Origin: an uncultured Sphingobacteriaceae bacterium
GTDB lineage: Bacteria > Bacteroidota > Bacteroidia > Sphingobacteriales > Sphingobacteriaceae
Length of the DNA: 64,000 nt
Direction: 5' to 3'
NCBI GenBank assembly: GCA_963795585.1
Contig: CAWCIO010000013.1
Span: forward strand, 336,770 to 400,769
Shown here: positions 51,381 to 61,007 of the stretch, one piece after another
How the letters are laid out: the number at the start of each line of letters is the position of its first letter
How positions within the stretch are numbered: position 1 is the stretch's first letter
Notes under the pieces: model-generated
Databases searched by the model: none
Told to the model about the DNA's origin: nothing
Seen by the model: only the letters and a program-made list of their open reading frames with translations
Program-made: the position numbers and the translations under genes

Positions 51381-52184
51381 ATGAACATATTATCCATTCG
51401 CAGAACAATTAAACTAGCCCTGTTTGCATGCATGGCCTATCTACCTATAAATGCCAGCGCATGGGGCATGCTGGGGCACAGGATTGTCGGTCAGATCGCA
51501 GAAAGCCATCTAAGCAGTAAAGCACGCAAAGGTGTGATGGGCGTTTTGGGCAACGAAAGTCTGGCTATGGCTGCCAATTGGGGGGATTTTATTAAGTCCG
51601 ACCCTTCCTACAATTATTTGTATAACTGGCATTTTGTGAACCTGCCTGCAGATCTGGACCAGCAAGGGGTGTATCAATTTCTGGAGAAAGATACAGCTGC
51701 CAATGTCTACAACAAAACTTTGGAGATGGTCAGCATCCTCAAAAACAAGCAGAGTACTGCAGATCAAAAGAAACTGGCGATGCGCTTACTGATCCACATG
51801 GTGGGCGATCTAAATCAGCCAATGCATACTGCCCGAAAGGAAGATCTGGGTGGTAATAAGGTGTTCCTGACCTGGTTTGGTGAAAAATCCAATTTGCACC
51901 GCGTCTGGGATGAATCGCTCATCGAATATCAGCAATTGAGTTATACTGAGTATGCAAGTGCAATTAACTACCCTACCAAAGCGCAGCTTGATCTTTGGAA
52001 AGGCAATGCCCTTAAGGATTTCGTATATGGCTCTTATCAAGCTTGTAACAAAATCTACGCGTATACCAAACCAGAAGATAAACTCAGCTATAAATACAAT
52101 TTCGATTTTGTAAACCTGCTCAATGAGCAATTGCTAAAAGGCGGCATTTGTCTGGCCAACACATTAAATGAAATCTATAAATAA
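51381..52184 (+). CDS. Secreted S1/P1 nuclease
   Basis: Signal peptide then WGMLGHR, WHFVN, HMVGDLNQPMH, DLGGN, NLHRVWD. Confidence 0.93.
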   Translation: MNILSIRRTIKLALFACMAYLPINASAWGMLGHRIVGQIAESHLSSKARKGVMGVLGNESLAMAANWGDFIKSDPSYNYLYNWHFVNLPADLDQQGVYQFLEKDTAANVYNKTLEMVSILKNKQSTADQKKLAMRLLIHMVGDLNQPMHTARKEDLGGNKVFLTWFGEKSNLHRVWDESLIEYQQLSYTEYASAINYPTKAQLDLWKGNALKDFVYGSYQACNKIYAYTKPEDKLSYKYNFDFVNLLNEQLLKGGICLANTLNEIYK

Positions 52185-52738
52185 ATTATACATGACGATG
52201 TTGGGCTGTACGCCTAAAGGCCGTCATACAGAGCAACACGATATATTTTTCGGCATAGGCGGGGCCATCAAAGACCTAAAGCAGGATATCATCGACTTCT
52301 GGCCTGAAGCCAAAGGTAAGATCCATCTTGATGCCTTTCGTGAGGTAACTAATGTTGATGGGTACCAGATTTAGTGTGGTACCTGCTGATGCAGTAGTAG
52401 AAAGCCCTTACAAATTGTTTTTCCTCAACCTGGGAGGGTATAAAGAAGATCAGTTTGAAGAGTTGCATTATAAGGTACTTACAGTGTCGGACACCAAGGC
52501 AGGTGCGATCAAGCAGGCCAAGCAGACTGCTTTTTATAAACACTGCGGGTTTAAAGGGGCAACTTCACACATCGACGATAAATACGGAGTAGATGTGGAC
52601 GATATCTATGAGATTAGCGACATACTTCCGGCAGGACTAAAAAGTAGTTTTAAATTACAGGTCAGTCCCGCCGAAGCGTTGCCGGCGGATAAAATCCACC
52701 TTGGTTATTTTATTTTAAATAAGCTGGACGATCTTTAG
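52168..52738 (+). CDS. DUF1543 domain protein (frameshift near 52362)
   Basis: LGCTPKGRHTEQHDIFFG, IHLDA, LFFLNLGGYK..FEELHY, HIDD; tandem-domain pattern. Confidence 0.75.
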
Positions 52739-55350
52739 ACCCCAAACTCTTTATCCAGGTATTCAGAAACCTTGCCGATTGCATTATCAATCGTATCACT
52801 TAAGATGGTAATGAAAGAACCCGATTTAGCCGTGGCCATGATGTACTTCAGGCAATCGTCGCCATTGTTATTGATGATGATCTCCATATCCGGTTTTACT
52901 TCCTGAATACCTTTTAGTAGCAGGTCTATCAAGTCCTGCTGCTTACGCCCCCGCAGGTATTTCTCCTGACAGATAATGATCTTGTCGAACATTTGCGCTG
53001 CGATCCGTGCCGTCTCCATGATGTCGCCGTCTCTTCTGTCACCGGTAGCGGAGATCACCCCCACATGTTCCGTAGCCTCTATGGTCTGCAGGTAATTTTT
53101 GATGCCGTTAAATCCGTCCGGGTTATGTGCGAAATCTACCAGGACTTTAAATTCCTTGAACTTAAAGGTATTCATCCTTCCCGGAGTCTGTGCAGCAGAA
53201 GGGATAAAAGTCTCCAGAGAACTCCGGATATCCTCAATTTTGTAGCCCCAAAGGAAGGTCGCAAGCGTCGCAGCCAGCACATTCTGGATCATAAAATCGA
53301 CACTTCCGCCAAAGGTAAGCGGAATGTGCGTTACCTTTTCCACCCTGATCTTCCAGTCGCCCTTCTTGATCGTTATGTACCCGTTTTCATAAATTGCAGC
53401 GATACCACCTTTTTTGCAATGCTCAGCAATCACTGGATTTTTTTCGTCCATACTGAAATAGGCAATGTTACAATCGGCCTTGTTGGCAATCTTGATACAA
53501 TACTTATTGTCCGCATTCAAGACAGCCCAGCCGGTACGTTTCACTGCACCTATGATAACAGCTTTTACTTTTGTGAGGTCTTCCAGAGTATTGATGTCGG
53601 AGATGCCAAGGTGATCTTCCTGAATGTTGGTGATGACTCCAATATCGCATTTGTTGAAGCCGAGACCTGCTCTCAGGATTCCACCCCGTGCTGTTTCCAG
53701 CACGGCAAATTCCACTGTCGGGTCGCGCAGGATGAACTCTGCGCTCACAGGCCCTGTGGTATCACCCTTCATCAGTTTGGTGTTCTGTACATAGATTCCG
53801 TCGGAGGTAGTGAAACCAACACGGGTACCGTTACTTTTCACGATGTGTGCGATGAGGCGGGTGGTCGTAGTTTTACCATTAGTCCCTGTTACCGATATGA
53901 TGGGGATTCTGGCATCTTTACCTAAAGGGTACAGCATATCGATGACCGGAGCAGCGACATTCCTTGGCAGGCCTTCACTTGGTGCCAGGTGCATCCTGAA
54001 GCCAGGAGCTGCGTTTACTTCAAGTACTACACCTCCATTTTCCGTTAGTGGCTGAGTGAGGTTCTCTGCCATGATGTCGATCCCGCAGATGTCCAGGCCG
54101 ATTACCCTGGAGATGCGTTCACAGATGAACACATTCTGCGGGTGCACCAGGTCGGTTACATCTATAGAGGTGCCACCCGTACTCAGGTTGGCGGTCGATT
54201 TAAGGTATACAATCTCTCCACCTGCCGGAATGCTCTCCAGCGTATAATTTTTCTTCTCTAAAAGATCCAGGGTATCACGGTCTACACTGATTTCTGTCAA
54301 TACGTTCTCGTGTCCGTAGCCCCTTCTTGGATCCTCATTCTCCTTGTTGATCAGCTCCTGTATGGTCTGTAATCCATTGCCGGTCACATGAGCAGGAACG
54401 CGTAAAGCTGCGGCCACCATCTTGTGGTCAATGACCAGCACTCTAAAGTCGTATCCTGTGATGAACTTTTCAATGATCACTTTACGGGAGTAGTTCTTTG
54501 CATATTCGAAAGCCGCCTTTGCCGCATCATCAGTTTTCACGTTGATGGATGCACCACGGCCATGGTTTCCGTCCAGGGGCTTAAATACCAGGGGATATCC
54601 CACCTTTCTGATGGCATCCGGCAGGTCGCCTATTTCGGATATGGTTACCCCCTTGGCTACCGGAATTGCAGCATCCTGCAGCAACCTTTTGGTTTCATCT
54701 TTATTCCCAGCGATGTCTACCGCTATAGAATTTGTTTTTTCCGTCATGGTTGCACGGAAGCGGACCTGGTTCTTTCCATAGCCAAGCTGCACCAATGAAC
54801 TTTTGTTTAGCCGAATCCATGGAATATCCCTGGCTATAGCTTCATCCACAATAGAGCCTGTGCTAGGCCCGAGGCGCTCCATTTCACGGAGTTCCCGCAT
54901 GCGCTGGATATCCGCTTCCAGGTCATATTCTTCATTGTCGATGAGTGCCTGTGCAATTTTCACTGAAGCTTCAGCTGCGTATACACCCGCTTTTTCCTCC
55001 AGATAGCTGAATACCACATTGTAGATCCCTTCGGTCTTAGTCTGGCGTGTCCGGCCAAAACCAGTATCCATGCCGGCGATCGTTTGGATCTCGAGGGCAA
55101 TGTGTTCGATGACATGCCCCATCCAGGTACCTTCTTCCACGCGGGCGAGAAAGCCTCCCGGCTCTCCTTTAGAGCAGCGGTGCGAATGCAGGGAAGGGAT
55201 CAGTTTTTCAATTCTTTCCCTGAAGCCTTCGATCACATTTGTCGGTCTTTGCTCCAGATCTTCAAGATCCAGCCTCATTTGGATCAGTTTTTTCCTATTG
55301 ATCGACCAGATATTTGGTCCACGCAGCACCTGTATGCCTAATACTTTCAT
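52735..55350 (-). CDS. cphA: Cyanophycin synthetase CphA1
   Basis: Preferred ATG 55350 (MKVLGIQVLRGPNIWS); HVIEHIALE, LGPST, ATP-grasp KPLDGNHGRG, EVNAAPG, Mur-ligase-like VTGTNGKTTT, ETARGG, DFAHNP. Confidence 0.95.
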   Translation of the reverse strand: MKVLGIQVLRGPNIWSINRKKLIQMRLDLEDLEQRPTNVIEGFRERIEKLIPSLHSHRCSKGEPGGFLARVEEGTWMGHVIEHIALEIQTIAGMDTGFGRTRQTKTEGIYNVVFSYLEEKAGVYAAEASVKIAQALIDNEEYDLEADIQRMRELREMERLGPSTGSIVDEAIARDIPWIRLNKSSLVQLGYGKNQVRFRATMTEKTNSIAVDIAGNKDETKRLLQDAAIPVAKGVTISEIGDLPDAIRKVGYPLVFKPLDGNHGRGASINVKTDDAAKAAFEYAKNYSRKVIIEKFITGYDFRVLVIDHKMVAAALRVPAHVTGNGLQTIQELINKENEDPRRGYGHENVLTEISVDRDTLDLLEKKNYTLESIPAGGEIVYLKSTANLSTGGTSIDVTDLVHPQNVFICERISRVIGLDICGIDIMAENLTQPLTENGGVVLEVNAAPGFRMHLAPSEGLPRNVAAPVIDMLYPLGKDARIPIISVTGTNGKTTTTRLIAHIVKSNGTRVGFTTSDGIYVQNTKLMKGDTTGPVSAEFILRDPTVEFAVLETARGGILRAGLGFNKCDIGVITNIQEDHLGISDINTLEDLTKVKAVIIGAVKRTGWAVLNADNKYCIKIANKADCNIAYFSMDEKNPVIAEHCKKGGIAAIYENGYITIKKGDWKIRVEKVTHIPLTFGGSVDFMIQNVLAATLATFLWGYKIEDIRSSLETFIPSAAQTPGRMNTFKFKEFKVLVDFAHNPDGFNGIKNYLQTIEATEHVGVISATGDRRDGDIMETARIAAQMFDKIIICQEKYLRGRKQQDLIDLLLKGIQEVKPDMEIIINNNGDDCLKYIMATAKSGSFITILSDTIDNAIGKVSEYLDKEFGV

Positions 55351-55689
55351 ATTTATGTTATGTAATTTTTTATTTTTCCAGTTTTTTCCAAATGCCGACA
55401 AAGCTGCCATGATACTCATGCACATGGTGTTGTGTCCTGCTAAACTTTGAAGCGCATCAATTTGTTTTTAATATGTTCGGCTCGGATAAAAATGTTTGGT
55501 TGGGGATATTAAAGTATAAAAAATAATTGAGATGCAGTGAATATATTTCAGCAAGGTGATTTTACGTTAAAGTTTAGGTCATGAAATTGTTAACAACACC
55601 AAAATGATGGATAAATTTTTCAAAAATGTTCAGGATTGCTAGGCTCTTTTCTCTAAGTTTGAAATTATTGGAAAATGTAAACAGTTAAA

Positions 55690-56565
55690 ATGGCTCCGAA
55701 GGGTAAATTAATTATTATAGGGGGTGCAATCAATACCGGAAGTTTTACGGAAACACAATTCGGATTGCCCCAAAATATGAACTTTTTTGAAAGGGGTATT
55801 TTAAAGAAAATTACAGTAGAGTCGGTAAAGGATACCAAATCTCGGTTTGAGATCATCACTACAGCATCTCTCATTCCGGAGAAAGTGGGTGAAGAGTACA
55901 TTAAGGCATTTGCACAGTTGGATGTGCACGATGTCGGTGTATTGAGCATCAGCAATCGTGAACAGGCGAATGCTGAAGAAAACTGCGCGCGTCTGCGTGC
56001 AGCAGATGTGCTGATCTTTACTGGTGGCGATCAGCTCCGTCTGTCGTCCATATTCGGGGGTACAGCTTTTCACCAGATCTTACTGGAAAAATACGAGAAC
56101 GAACAAATTGTTATTGCGGGAACATCAGCGGGTGCCGCTGCCAGTTCCAAGAACATGATCTATCAGGGCAGCAGTAAGGATGCACTGTTAAAAGGAGAAG
56201 TCAAGATTACCGGCGGACTGGGCTTTATTGATGGCGTGATCGTAGACACTCATTTTGTACAGCGGGGTAGAATAGGCCGCTTATTGTACGCTGTAGCCAG
56301 TAACCCTGGTATACTGGGCATAGGTTTGGGTGAAGATACCGGTCTGTACATCTCCAATGGTAATGTGATGGAGGCTATAGGCAGTGGTATGGTAATCCTG
56401 GTAGACGGAAGGCACATGGCCGACACGAACCTGACGGATGTAGAGATGGGGCAACCCGTTTCCATCAAGAATATGGTAGTACATGTGATGTGTGACGGCG
56501 ATATCTACGATCTGACAGATCACAAACTCAACATCCATCACCCTAAAGTTGCATCCATAGATTAA
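55690..56565 (+). CDS. cphB: Cyanophycinase (S51 peptidase), cytoplasmic
   Basis: LIIIGGA, FTGGDQLRL, GTSAGA nucleophile, DTHFVQRGRIGRL, GLGEDT; divergent from cphA; TAAGTTTG at 55654-55661. Confidence 0.93.
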   Translation: MAPKGKLIIIGGAINTGSFTETQFGLPQNMNFFERGILKKITVESVKDTKSRFEIITTASLIPEKVGEEYIKAFAQLDVHDVGVLSISNREQANAEENCARLRAADVLIFTGGDQLRLSSIFGGTAFHQILLEKYENEQIVIAGTSAGAAASSKNMIYQGSSKDALLKGEVKITGGLGFIDGVIVDTHFVQRGRIGRLLYAVASNPGILGIGLGEDTGLYISNGNVMEAIGSGMVILVDGRHMADTNLTDVEMGQPVSIKNMVVHVMCDGDIYDLTDHKLNIHHPKVASID

Positions 56566-56568
56566 AAT

Positions 56569-57408
56569 ATGAAATTGATCATCCATGGCGGATTCTTCAG
56601 TGAATCTTCAACCAATCAGGAAACCAAGAAGGCAAAGCAGGATGCTTTGTCGGGCATTGCGAAGCAAGCATATGATTACTTAAAAACACATACAGCAGTA
56701 CAAACTGTGGTATATGCTGTAAGCCTGTTAGAAGACAACGAACTGTTCAATGCAGGCTTGGGTTCACAGATCCAGAGCGATGGTAAAGTGCGGTTGAGTG
56801 CCTCATTGATGGATGGTAAAAACCAACGTTTCAGTGGCGTAATCAATATAGAAAATGTACAGCATCCGATCCAGATAGCCGAACTCTTGCTGGATTATGA
56901 AGACCGGGTACTGAGTGGTGAGGGCGCTTCTGATTTTGCAACAAAGCAAGGCTATCCTTATTTTGATCCGATCACCCCGCAGCGGCAGGCCGAGTATGAG
57001 GCAAAGTTAAACCAAGAGGAGCGCAAAGGTACGGTAGGCTGCGTAGCGCTCGATGCCAATGGAGATCTGGCCGCTGCCACATCTACTGGCGGCAAAGGCT
57101 TTGAGATCCCTTGCCGCGTAAGTGATTCTGCGACAGTAGCAGGTAATTTTGCCAACGACTTTGCCGGCATTTCCTGCACCGGGGTAGGTGAAGACATTGT
57201 GAACGTCTCGCTCGCTTCCAGGATCGTGACACGGGTAACGGACGGTTTCAGTCTGAAAGAAGCCTGTGACAAGTCCTTCTTGGAATTGAAGCGTTTCGAT
57301 GGCTTTGCCGGAGTCATCGGGATTTCTGCTAAGGGCGAGCTGTACCATACCGATTCCCATCCCTATATGGTTTGGGCCGCCTGTGATGGGGAAGTTACCA
57401 CATTCTAA
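56569..57408 (+). CDS. iaaA: Isoaspartyl dipeptidase / plant-type L-asparaginase
   Basis: IIHGG, LED..LFNAG.GS, G-TVGCVA autocleavage Thr, ATSTGG, RVSDS, TGVGEDI. Confidence 0.9.
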   Translation: MKLIIHGGFFSESSTNQETKKAKQDALSGIAKQAYDYLKTHTAVQTVVYAVSLLEDNELFNAGLGSQIQSDGKVRLSASLMDGKNQRFSGVINIENVQHPIQIAELLLDYEDRVLSGEGASDFATKQGYPYFDPITPQRQAEYEAKLNQEERKGTVGCVALDANGDLAAATSTGGKGFEIPCRVSDSATVAGNFANDFAGISCTGVGEDIVNVSLASRIVTRVTDGFSLKEACDKSFLELKRFDGFAGVIGISAKGELYHTDSHPYMVWAACDGEVTTF

Positions 57409-59431
57409 TTCTGTCTTCAGGCTTTTTATATAGCTTATCTCCAGGCTTCACATCAAAAGCTTTGTACCAGGCATCCATATTCACAGGAGCGCCTATGGTT
57501 CTGTATGGGCCAGGAGAATGCGGATCCGTTTTGATAAACTGAGCAGCAGTTTCAGGCAGGATATTTCCCCTCCAGACCTGTGCCCATGACAAGAAAAAGC
57601 GCTGATCAGGTGTAAAACCATCTATTTTTTCATTGGACTGTCCCTGTTTGGTCAGTTTAAAAGCAGTGTAAGCAGCATTTAATCCACCGAGGTCACCAAT
57701 GTTTTCCCCCATAGTGAGTTTACCAATGACATGGATCGTATCCAATACCGTATAGGCGTCGAACTGTTCGCCCAATGCTTTCGTCTTGGTTTCAAATTTT
57801 CTGCGGTCATCATCAGTCCACCAGTTTTTCAGGTTGCCATCCTTATCGTATTTGCTGCCGCTATCGTCGAATCCATGCGACATCTCATGACCGATCACAG
57901 CCCCGATGCCACCATAATTTACGGCATCATCCGCGTTCGGATCAAAGAAAGGAAATTGAAGGATGCCCGCCGGAAACACGATCTCATTCATGGTAGCACT
58001 ATAATAGGCGTTAACGGTAGGTGGGGTCATTCCAAAACGGCTGCGGTCTACCGGCTTGCCCAGTTGAGCAATCATCTCGTTGTAAGCCCACTGGGCCGCA
58101 TTTCTTTGGTTTTGGAAATGGCTGGTCCTGGAAATGTTCAGCCCCTCATAAGTTTTCCATTTATCCGGATAACCAATTTTTGGAATAAAGGCATGCAATT
58201 TGGCCAGGGCCTTTTCTTTGGTAAGGTCACTCATCCAGTCAAGGCTTTTGATTCGGATTTCAAATGCCTTCCTGAGGTTGCTGATCAGTTCCGTCATGCG
58301 TGCTTTGGCCTCGGGTTTGAAATATTTAGCCACATAAAGTTGTCCGAGCAGTTCTCCAATGGTGCCATCGGTCAATTGCGACATGCGCTGCCATCTTGGG
58401 GTCTGCACTTTTTGTCCGCTCTGCACCTGGTTAAAAGCGAAGTTTGCTGATACAAAAGGCGAGCTCAGCTGCGGCGCAGCAGCTTTGATTACATTCCATT
58501 CCAAGTATGTTTTCCAGTCGCTTACAGACACTGTTTTGAGCACTGCGTTCAGGCCGACAAAAAATTTAGGAGCCGAAACCAGAACCGTATCCTGTCCTTG
58601 TACCTTGAACTTGCCGAGCATGTCTGCCCAGTTCAGATTTGGCGTTGTTTTACTGAAGGCCGCTACGGTAAACTTGTTGTAGGTTTTGTCCGGATCCCGC
58701 ATTTCTACCCTGGGGATCTGCGCTTCTGCCAATTGTTTCTCAATGGCCATCACTGCGGAAGCTTTCTTTTCAGCTTCGGCAAGCGAAGAACCTGTCAGCT
58801 TAAAGAGGCTGACCATATAGCTGGTATAAGCTGTGCGAATCTGTAGGCTACGTGTATCCGCTTTCAGGTAATAGTCGCGGTCGGGCAGCGTAGTGCCACC
58901 TTGTCCGAATTGTGCGATATAGCGGGTTACGTTCTTATTGTCCTGGCCTACACCGAAGTTGAACATCGGCGCGGCAATTCCGGAACTACGCAAATAAGCA
59001 GCATGATCCAGAACGCTTTGAAGGTCTTTCAGTTGCCTGATCTTTTCCAGGTCTGCTTTGATTGGGGTATAGCCTAGTTTTTCGATGGCGATGCTGTCCA
59101 TTGCAGCAGCATAGAAATCGCCTACGCGTTTTTCTACAGAGCCGATGGGCGCTGCCTGATCTGCTGCGGCTGCTTCTACAAGGCCCTTTACGGCATTGAT
59201 GTTGAAATCGCGCAGGGCATTGAAGCTTCCCCAACGGGTTTCCTTAGCCGGAACAGGGTTGTTTTTGATCCAGTTGCCGCTGGCGTATTGATAAAAATCA
59301 TCTCCAGGTTTTACAGAGCGGTCCATATTCGCCGGATCGATAAACTTTTGAGTCAGCTGCGCATTGGCTGAATAGCTGGTAGCAACCAGGGCCAGCACCG
59401 CAAAATAGCTTTTGATGGATTCTAATTTCAT
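57395..59431 (-). CDS. M13 family (neprilysin/PepO-like) secreted metallopeptidase
   Basis: Signal peptide from ATG 59431; PGDDFYQYA, VNAYY, FPAGILQ, GHEMSHGFD, GENIGDLGG. Confidence 0.95.
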   Translation of the reverse strand: MKLESIKSYFAVLALVATSYSANAQLTQKFIDPANMDRSVKPGDDFYQYASGNWIKNNPVPAKETRWGSFNALRDFNINAVKGLVEAAAADQAAPIGSVEKRVGDFYAAAMDSIAIEKLGYTPIKADLEKIRQLKDLQSVLDHAAYLRSSGIAAPMFNFGVGQDNKNVTRYIAQFGQGGTTLPDRDYYLKADTRSLQIRTAYTSYMVSLFKLTGSSLAEAEKKASAVMAIEKQLAEAQIPRVEMRDPDKTYNKFTVAAFSKTTPNLNWADMLGKFKVQGQDTVLVSAPKFFVGLNAVLKTVSVSDWKTYLEWNVIKAAAPQLSSPFVSANFAFNQVQSGQKVQTPRWQRMSQLTDGTIGELLGQLYVAKYFKPEAKARMTELISNLRKAFEIRIKSLDWMSDLTKEKALAKLHAFIPKIGYPDKWKTYEGLNISRTSHFQNQRNAAQWAYNEMIAQLGKPVDRSRFGMTPPTVNAYYSATMNEIVFPAGILQFPFFDPNADDAVNYGGIGAVIGHEMSHGFDDSGSKYDKDGNLKNWWTDDDRRKFETKTKALGEQFDAYTVLDTIHVIGKLTMGENIGDLGGLNAAYTAFKLTKQGQSNEKIDGFTPDQRFFLSWAQVWRGNILPETAAQFIKTDPHSPGPYRTIGAPVNMDAWYKAFDVKPGDKLYKKPEDRIRMW

Positions 59432-59531
59432 AGGACATAAAAGTACAAAATTAAGAATGAGTTTTTTACTGTCTGTTGAAGAGTCGATAGATCCATGCGG
59501 TGAGCGTGCTACCAAAGTTCGGCCTGCGACG

Positions 59532-59616
59532 CAGTTCCTCAATACCTCCTTATTACCTGGTTCATAAAATGGGTACCATTTTACGAAGAAGCTACGTCTG
59601 AGGTATTGAGGAGCTG
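59532..59616. repeat. Nested inverted-repeat element (REP/MITE-like or structured RNA)
   Basis: Outer 17-bp IR CAGTTCCTCAATACCTC / GAGGTATTGAGGAGCTG (1 mismatch); inner 12-bp IR TTCATAAAATGG / CCATTTTACGAA (1 mismatch). Confidence 0.6.
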
Positions 59617-59662
59617 ATAAAGATCCGAGGAGAAGAGATGACGAGCGACTAAGATGTGCTGA

Positions 59663-60106
59663 TTATGACTTCTTCTTTGTCTGCGCTTTGGAAATGTTTT
59701 TTTTCAGTTCCTGAACCTGAATGGGGTTCAATTTAATTTTTACGGGAATAATGGCCTTATCCAGCTTATGGAGTTCCTGGCTTTCCTCACAGTTTGAAGA
59801 CTGGATCGTACTGTCAAGTAAGTGAAATTGATTTTTGTCCTTTCGGGATTCTGCTGTAGGAGAATCTATCTTGGTTGTGATGCTGACCTGACAATTGTGG
59901 TCTGCATACGTCTCAAGCGCAGATAATGTATAGGATGAAAACTTATAATTTTTTGCGGCGAGTCCAAAAAATCGCTTCAGGGTGGTTTCGCTGATGTGCT
60001 TATGGGTGGTTTCAGAGATATCTTTAGCGATCAATTTACATTGGCCAGGTAATACTGACGATACGCCAATTTTGTGTAACACCTTATTTTTCAAGTCCTG
60101 ATACAT
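59663..60106 (-). CDS. Hypothetical protein with HTH-like N-terminal domain
   Basis: CKLIAKDISETTHKHISETTLKRFFG...SSYTLSAL helix-turn-helix-like pattern. Confidence 0.55.
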   Translation of the reverse strand: MYQDLKNKVLHKIGVSSVLPGQCKLIAKDISETTHKHISETTLKRFFGLAAKNYKFSSYTLSALETYADHNCQVSITTKIDSPTAESRKDKNQFHLLDSTIQSSNCEESQELHKLDKAIIPVKIKLNPIQVQELKKNISKAQTKKKS

Positions 60107-60230
60107 GATATGATGTTTTCATAAAAACATCCCAGATTTGGTATTGTTTTCTATAGCTATTTATATGATGTCCAATTTTACTGCGTTTTTTGATTATGTT
60201 TTGCGCAAGCACCAGGTGGTTATACTTCTC

Positions 60231-61007
60231 TTATTGAATTTTATTTTTCAGGGCTATATCCAACCAACCCTTATTCCAATATTTTTCTGAGACATTAAAT
60301 TCTGCAGTGCCAATATCAAAGTCGCAATCTATGTTAGGTACCCTGAAATCTCCCCAGTTACATTTTTTGATGAGATTTGAGTCGTACATCTCCCAGGTTC
60401 CCACAAATGCATTATTAAAGTAGCCGTCCGAATGTTTGTTGATGTCATCATATTGGATTTTATTTCCGCGATCGAGATACCATTTGGTTTTTAATTCGCC
60501 CCTGAAAACTCCAGAATGTGTCTGGTTTTTAACTTCAAAAAACTCATATTTGGCAGTTAGCAGGCCTTGAGTTTTTGACAGACCTTTAGATTCATTATCC
60601 ACTCCAAAAAAAGATCTAATGGATTCCTGGATCCGCGCTATTGTTATTTTTCCATTAAATTCACAAATATTCCCTTTAACAGTAGATTTTCCTTTTACCA
60701 AATACACATTTGGATTTTTACTGTCTTTTTCTACTTTTAAAATTTTGATCAAAATCCGCTGGTTGTCATCACCAATTACTCCGTATACAAAAATACTTTC
60801 TGTTTTAAGCCATAACTTCGAAAAGTCATGCGTTATGAACGTTGGCTGCTGATTTTTCTGAATTATTTTCTCTCCATTCATTATATCTGTTCTGCATGAC
60901 GATTGGGAGAATAGATGAATTGAAGGAAATAACAGGATGATCAATACTTTCAGCTTCAAGCTAGAATAGAAGTTAAGTTTACCGGCGTGAGGAATTTGTC
61001 TGGTCAT
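60231..61007 (-). CDS. Hypothetical exported protein (AT-rich)
   Basis: 258-aa ORF with hydrophobic N-terminal stretch; overlaps the SMI1/KNR4 stop by 4 nt (ATGA). Confidence 0.6.
   Translation of the reverse strand: MTRQIPHAGKLNFYSSLKLKVLIILLFPSIHLFSQSSCRTDIMNGEKIIQKNQQPTFITHDFSKLWLKTESIFVYGVIGDDNQRILIKILKVEKDSKNPNVYLVKGKSTVKGNICEFNGKITIARIQESIRSFFGVDNESKGLSKTQGLLTAKYEFFEVKNQTHSGVFRGELKTKWYLDRGNKIQYDDINKHSDGYFNNAFVGTWEMYDSNLIKKCNWGDFRVPNIDCDFDIGTAEFNVSEKYWNKGWLDIALKNKIQ

Noticed and set aside
52993-53925. 310-aa antisense ORF inside cphA (also 57731-58450 inside the M13 gene and other short shadow ORFs)
   Set aside because: Fully overlap well-supported genes on the opposite strand and show no recognisable motifs; expected from codon bias
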